NCBI GenBank assembly: GCA_040901675.1
Contig: JBBDYJ010000038.1
Coordinates: forward strand, 128,001 to 192,000
Length of the DNA stretch: 64,000 bases
Reading direction: 5' to 3'
DNA from: Pirellulales bacterium
Lineage (GTDB): Bacteria; Planctomycetota; Planctomycetia; Pirellulales; JAICIG01
Shown one piece after another: positions 59,641 to 64,000 of the stretch. Within the stretch, counting starts at the first letter, position 1; each line of letters begins with the position of its first letter. Both the position numbers and the translations under genes were made by a program. The notes beneath the pieces are model-generated. The model ran no database searches, was not told where the DNA came from, and saw only the letters and a program-made list of their open reading frames with translations.

Positions 59641-61409
59641 GAGAGCTGCCTGGCGGCCCACCTGGCCAGTTTCTCGCGGAATATCTTGGCATTGTGCCGC
59701 ACGTCGACGGGAAACGAGCGGTGCAGGAGGTAGTCGTCGATCGAGCTGGTGAGCGGATTGTCAGAGCCGATCGATCGCAGCTCGTCGAGTAATTGCCGCC
59801 TGGCCGCTCGGCGGGGAAACTTGCCGGGCCAGGGCTCGCAGATCATGACCGGCCGCTGCGAGCCCAGCGGGCCGATGCCGACCAGGGCCGAGCGGAAAAC
59901 GGCTGGGTGATTGTTGAAGATCGCCTCGCAGCACTCGGTGTACATCGGCCCTGCAGCCGAGAGCACACGCTGCGACAGCCGCCCGCAGTACCAGAAGCGT
60001 CCCTGCTCGTCCAGGTAGCCGACGTCGCCCATGCGGTGCCAGAATTCCGGGCCATCGCCGATCTTGGCCAGCGCATTGGCTTCGACGCGGGTCACATAGC
60101 GGTTGGTGACGACCGGCCCTCGCACGATCAACTCGCCGATCGAGCCCGCCGGCAACTCGCGAACGCCCAAAGTAGCAGGCATCCCGGACTTCGGCGAGCT
60201 CAGTCGAGCCGCGCGCCCGGATGTGCCGTCCGCCACAGTAGCAGGCACACTCCGTGTGCCGTCGGCCGCCAGCGGCCCCTCGACCGCCTCGATCACCTTC
60301 CACTCGATGCCGGGGAACCTCCGCCCCACGCAGACGCCTGCTCCCCGCGCCGTGAGGGCCGCCGTTTTATTCAACACCTCGCTGGCCGAAATGGATGCCA
60401 CCGGCAAGGCCTCCGTGGCGCCGTAGGGCGTGTGGACCTCTCCGCCGGGCGCGATACAGCCCTTGATTCCCGCCAGGACGCGGGCCGTCACGGGCGCGCC
60501 GGCCGACATGACCCGCCCTAGCGACGGCATGCGAACGTCATGCTTCGCGCAGTGTTGGCCCACGCGATCCCAGACGGCCGGCGAACCGAACGATTGCGTC
60601 ACTTTCCAATCGCGCACGGCCGACACGATGCGGGCCGGATCGACTCGCGCCGGCCGCGAGGCGTCCATGTCCGGAATGACCGTCGTGACCCCCATGGCGC
60701 AGTTGAACAACCCGAACAAGGGAAAGCAGGCCAGGTCGACCTCGCCCGGCGCTATCTGGTAATAATCGCGGATCTCATCCACTTGCCGATCGAAATTGCC
60801 GTGCGAGTAGAGCACCCCTTTGGGCGGCCCCGTGCTGCCCGAGGTAAAGATGATGGCCGCCGGGTCACCCGCCCGAGTGGCCGCCAGCTCGCCACCGCTC
60901 CATGGCCGCCGCACCAGCGACGTCAGCGTCGGCTCGCGTCCCAGCCAATGCCTGGCGACAACGACGTGGATCCGGGCCTCGCGGAAGCGGCTCCGCAGCA
61001 GCTTGCGCACCAGGTGGGCCATCGGAATCGCGACAAAGCCTTCGGGCCTCGCTTCGTCCAAGCAGTCGACGAGGCTTCTGCGGCCCATGCCCGGGTCGAT
61101 CAGGATCGCAACCGCGCCGGCCTTGAACAGCGCGAAGACCAGCGCCACGAACTCGATGCCGGGCTTGACCAGCAGGGCCATCCGCGTGCCTGGCACCACG
61201 CCCAGTTTCCGCAAACCTCGGGCGGCCCGATCGCTGTACTGGTCCAGCTCCTTGAACGTGATCGACTCATAGCCGCGGCCGCGCGGGGCCACCACCGCCA
61301 GGCTGTCCGGCCTGGTCTTCGCCATGGCCGCCAGGCGGGCCGCGACATTGACAATCTGCCCCACTTCGGCCGCGGGTGCCATTGGCTTTTCAGTTGCAAG
61401 TCGATTCAT
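59637..61409 (-). CDS. oleC: AMP-dependent ligase (OleC-like) with in-frame repeat insertion
   Basis: [33 protein letters not shown] and [13 protein letters not shown]. Confidence 0.85.
   Translation of the reverse strand: MNRLATEKPMAPAAEVGQIVNVAARLAAMAKTRPDSLAVVAPRGRGYESITFKELDQYSDRAARGLRKLGVVPGTRMALLVKPGIEFVALVFALFKAGAVAILIDPGMGRRSLVDCLDEARPEGFVAIPMAHLVRKLLRSRFREARIHVVVARHWLGREPTLTSLVRRPWSGGELAATRAGDPAAIIFTSGSTGPPKGVLYSHGNFDRQVDEIRDYYQIAPGEVDLACFPLFGLFNCAMGVTTVIPDMDASRPARVDPARIVSAVRDWKVTQSFGSPAVWDRVGQHCAKHDVRMPSLGRVMSAGAPVTARVLAGIKGCIAPGGEVHTPYGATEALPVASISASEVLNKTAALTARGAGVCVGRRFPGIEWKVIEAVEGPLAADGTRSVPATVADGTSGRAARLSSPKSGMPATLGVRELPAGSIGELIVRGPVVTNRYVTRVEANALAKIGDGPEFWHRMGDVGYLDEQGRFWYCGRLSQRVLSAAGPMYTECCEAIFNNHPAVFRSALVGIGPLGSQRPVMICEPWPGKFPRRAARRQLLDELRSIGSDNPLTSSIDDYLLHRSFPVDVRHNAKIFREKLARWAARQLS
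60172..60263. repeat. Two GTAGCAGGCACACTCCGTGTGCCGTC-type REPs in oleC; one contains a palindrome and a 24-bp element (60187-60210)
   Basis: Intact copy at 60238-60263; another copy at 61455-61477. Confidence 0.85.
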
Positions 61410-61510
61410 GCGAAATCCCGCTGCGCCCAGCGGCACCGTGCCCTGTGCCGCATAGTAGCAGGCACACTCCGTGTGCCTCTGCCTTCTGCCTTCTGACTTC
61501 TGCCTTCCCC

Positions 61511-62407
61511 TTACTCCCGGCCCTCCAAGGCGCCTGCCAGGTACTCGAGAACCAGCCGCCCGACGTCCACGTCCAGGGCCCGCGACAGCGCCTGCCAGCC
61601 GGGCACGGCATTCACTTCGATCGCGTACAACGTGCCGTCGCGCCCGGGCAGCAGGTCGACGCCCGCCAGCGGCGCCCCCACCGCCGCCGCGGCGCGGTGC
61701 GCCATCTCGACCAGCTCGGCCGACAATTCCAGCGGCTCGGCCTTGGCCCCCCGGCTGACGTTCGTCCGCCAGTCGAGCAGGTTGCGCCGCCGCACGCCCA
61801 GCACCCGTTGGCCGATGACCAGCAATCGCAGGTCAAAGCCTTCGTGCGCCACGAACTCTTGAAGGTACAGCACGGCGCCCAACTGTTCGAGCAGCTTGAA
61901 GGTCCGCAACGCCAAGGCCTCGTCGGTCAACCGGGCAATGCCGCGGCCTTCGGAGCCGAACAGCGGCTTGAGCACGACGTCGCCCCCCAGCTCGGCGAAA
62001 CCGGCCATGGCCGCCTCGGCCGTCTGGCACACGACCGTGCGGGGGATGGCCAGTCCGGCTTCGGCCAGCCGGGCCGAGGCCAGGAACTTGTCGACCGCCG
62101 CCTCCACCGCGCGGGCCGGGTTGACCACCAGCGTGCCGGCCGCCTCCACGCGAGCCAAGGCGTCCATGCGAAACACCACTTGTTCCAACGAGCCGGGGGG
62201 CATCGTGCGCACCAGCACCGCGTCGAAGTCCGCGAGCGCCGCCTGGGCACTGGCGACGACGGCCGTGGCAGCCTCACCGAACCGCGACGAGAGTGTCGAG
62301 CTCAAGTCGCGGAACGTCAGGGGGACCAGCTCATGGGCTCCGGCCGCAGCGCGCTTCAGATCGTTGAGATACCAGCTCCGCGGAGATCCGAGCACGGCCA
62401 GTCGCAT
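61511..62407 (-). CDS. RimK-family ATP-grasp ligase (likely methanopterin-related glutamate ligase)
   Basis: GSLEQVVFRMD, KPLFGSEGRG, WRTNVSRG and EVNAVPGW; downstream of mch. Confidence 0.88.
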   Translation of the reverse strand: MRLAVLGSPRSWYLNDLKRAAAGAHELVPLTFRDLSSTLSSRFGEAATAVVASAQAALADFDAVLVRTMPPGSLEQVVFRMDALARVEAAGTLVVNPARAVEAAVDKFLASARLAEAGLAIPRTVVCQTAEAAMAGFAELGGDVVLKPLFGSEGRGIARLTDEALALRTFKLLEQLGAVLYLQEFVAHEGFDLRLLVIGQRVLGVRRRNLLDWRTNVSRGAKAEPLELSAELVEMAHRAAAAVGAPLAGVDLLPGRDGTLYAIEVNAVPGWQALSRALDVDVGRLVLEYLAGALEGRE

Positions 62408-62423
62408 CCGGCGGGTACCCAAC

Positions 62424-63377
62424 TCAGCCGCTCCCTCCGCCCCCGAACGAGCGCTCGAGCACGCCGCGTTCGATCCGGCCGAAGCGCTGCGAAAGGCCCG
62501 TGTCCAGGTTGACAAACGTCACCACCGCCGGGCTGAACAAGAGCGGGTCGATCTGGTAAAAGTCGCCGTCGTACCGCTCGAAGATGCTGGCGAACGGCTC
62601 GCCGTGATCGGCCGAGGCGGAGCTGGGCACTCTCGGGCCGATTTCCGCCAGGCTGGCGTCGTCGCCGCGCACCCAGAGCACCACCTGGCCGCCGTACAGG
62701 ATGGCGTCGTTCGTGCGGCCGATGGCCGTGATGTCGTCGGCGGCCACCGGGGGCAACGGCGCGATGCCCCAGCCGCTCTCGACACGCGCCAGGTCGAAGC
62801 CCAGCTCGTGCAGCTTGTGCAAGGCGGTCTCGACCGAGCGGGCCACCACCTGCAGCGTGCCGGCCTGGCTGGCCGTGCGGGCGGCGAGCAGGGTCAGGTC
62901 CCCGACGCGGACACGGCATTGGGCGGCCAGTTCTTCAAAGACCTCGGCTGGCGGCCGTTGCGACGTCTCCAGCACGCCGACCACGCGGTCCGATTGTTCG
63001 CGAAAGCCGATCTGGTCGAAGAGGTCTTCGCTGCCCGCGGCGGCCCGCATCGGTCCGGAGCCCATGGCAAAGAACTTGTCCCGCGCGATCCGCCAACCCG
63101 CATACTGCGACGCCAGGCAGGCGGCCACGGGGTGGTCGGTGTGCACGGCCACGGCGGGACCACTGCCGACCTCCGTGGGGCAAGGCACCAGGCTGACTTC
63201 GCCCAGAGTGGCCATGCAAATCCGGGCCAGCTCCAGGCCGGCGCTCAATCCACCGCGCGACTCGACCCCCATATCCACGAGCCTGCCCCCGCCGACGTGG
63301 ACCAGCTCGGCGCGCAGCTCATGGCTGTGGACGATCAACAGTTCGGCGCTGGCGGCGGCCCGCTGATTGAGCTGCAT
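62424..63377 (-). CDS. mch: Methenyltetrahydromethanopterin cyclohydrolase
   Basis: ACLASQYAGW, MGSGPMRA, ARSVETALHK, GRTNDAILYGG and DFYQIDPLLFSPA. Confidence 0.95.
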   Translation of the reverse strand: MQLNQRAAASAELLIVHSHELRAELVHVGGGRLVDMGVESRGGLSAGLELARICMATLGEVSLVPCPTEVGSGPAVAVHTDHPVAACLASQYAGWRIARDKFFAMGSGPMRAAAGSEDLFDQIGFREQSDRVVGVLETSQRPPAEVFEELAAQCRVRVGDLTLLAARTASQAGTLQVVARSVETALHKLHELGFDLARVESGWGIAPLPPVAADDITAIGRTNDAILYGGQVVLWVRGDDASLAEIGPRVPSSASADHGEPFASIFERYDGDFYQIDPLLFSPAVVTFVNLDTGLSQRFGRIERGVLERSFGGGGSG

Positions 63378-63605
63378 CCGCGGTGCTGACTTCTGGCTTC
63401 TGGGTGGTTTCGTTGCCGTCCGTTCAGCCCATCATTGCGTTTCGGCTTCCGGCACGCAACTATGCCCATCGTAGCTTGCCCGGGAGACGGGCCAGGAAGC
63501 AGCCACGAAGCCTGCCCTACCGCTGCTTGAAGGACGCCGCGCTTGCCGGCCGCGGAAGGCGGACAAAGCACAGTCGTCCACCGCCTCGCGGAGCACGCGT
63601 TTCGA

Positions 63606-64000
63606 CTACTTGCGCGTCGTCGTCGGTGGACGGCCCGCCGCGGCCGTGCCCGGCGTCTGGCCTGTCACTTGCTCCTGTGCCCCGGCGGCCTGCTGTGCCT
63701 GAATTGTGGATCGTCTGGCCCGACTCGCTCCGGCACGTGCCTCCGCGGTCTGCTGCAAGGCCGACTTCACGGCCAGTTGCTCTGCCAGCGCCGCAAACTG
63801 TTCGCGGTCCTTGGCCTCGACGTTCGTCAGGCGGGCCGCCATGGTTTGCATGCCGGGGTGGTTTCCCTCGGCCGCGCGGCTCAGGCTGGCCAGGAAGGCC
63901 GTGGTCTCGCGAAAGTTATGGTCGGCCGCGGCACCCACCAACGGCTGGAACGTCTTGGCCAGCACTTCGACGCCGGCGTGCTCCAACTGCAGAAAGGCGT
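63606..64000 (-). CDS. C-terminal part of a hypothetical protein (5' end outside window)
   Basis: Frame is open to the window edge; ADHNFRETTAFLASLSR. Confidence 0.55.
   Translation of the reverse strand, partial: AFLQLEHAGVEVLAKTFQPLVGAAADHNFRETTAFLASLSRAAEGNHPGMQTMAARLTNVEAKDREQFAALAEQLAVKSALQQTAEARAGASRARRSTIQAQQAAGAQEQVTGQTPGTAAAGRPPTTTRK

Overview
High-GC bacterial DNA, most likely a planctomycete (Pirellulales-like), judged from DUF1559 and DUF1501 proteins, a double sulfatase, an SdrD-B/FG-GAP surface protein and the mch-RimK pair. The core backbone has cca, tRNA-Leu(CAG), a Mn/Zn ABC transporter with DtxR-like fused permeases, mtnA-wecB-gmhB, sseA-sufE-rpiB, a Ser/Thr kinase, oleC/oleD-like genes and mch. 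There are two accessory zones. (1) A visibly more AT-rich ~8-28 kb block holds three GT-C (GT39-like) and three GT2 glycosyltransferases, two methyltransferases and a membrane/spermidine-synthase-like/TPR fusion. It also holds a MauE-thioredoxin + DUF1573 + Cys-rich secreted miniprotein cassette, and a ParB/degenerate-methylase gene with a palindrome and a decayed paralog upstream. (2) A ~4.7 kb insertion hotspot lies between the permease gene and gmhB. It is bounded by a 33-bp direct repeat and contains duplicated gene 3' ends, Rhs fragments and an internally deleted RAYT-like transposase with terminal inverted repeats. The most striking signal is a 24-bp mini mobile element (GACTTCGGCGAGCTCAGTCGAGCC) found five times at four sites. 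It always sits at G|GC, and occurs in-frame in cca and oleC, inside a palindrome and nested inside itself. All calls come from reading motifs by eye; no database searches were run and several start codons are estimates.
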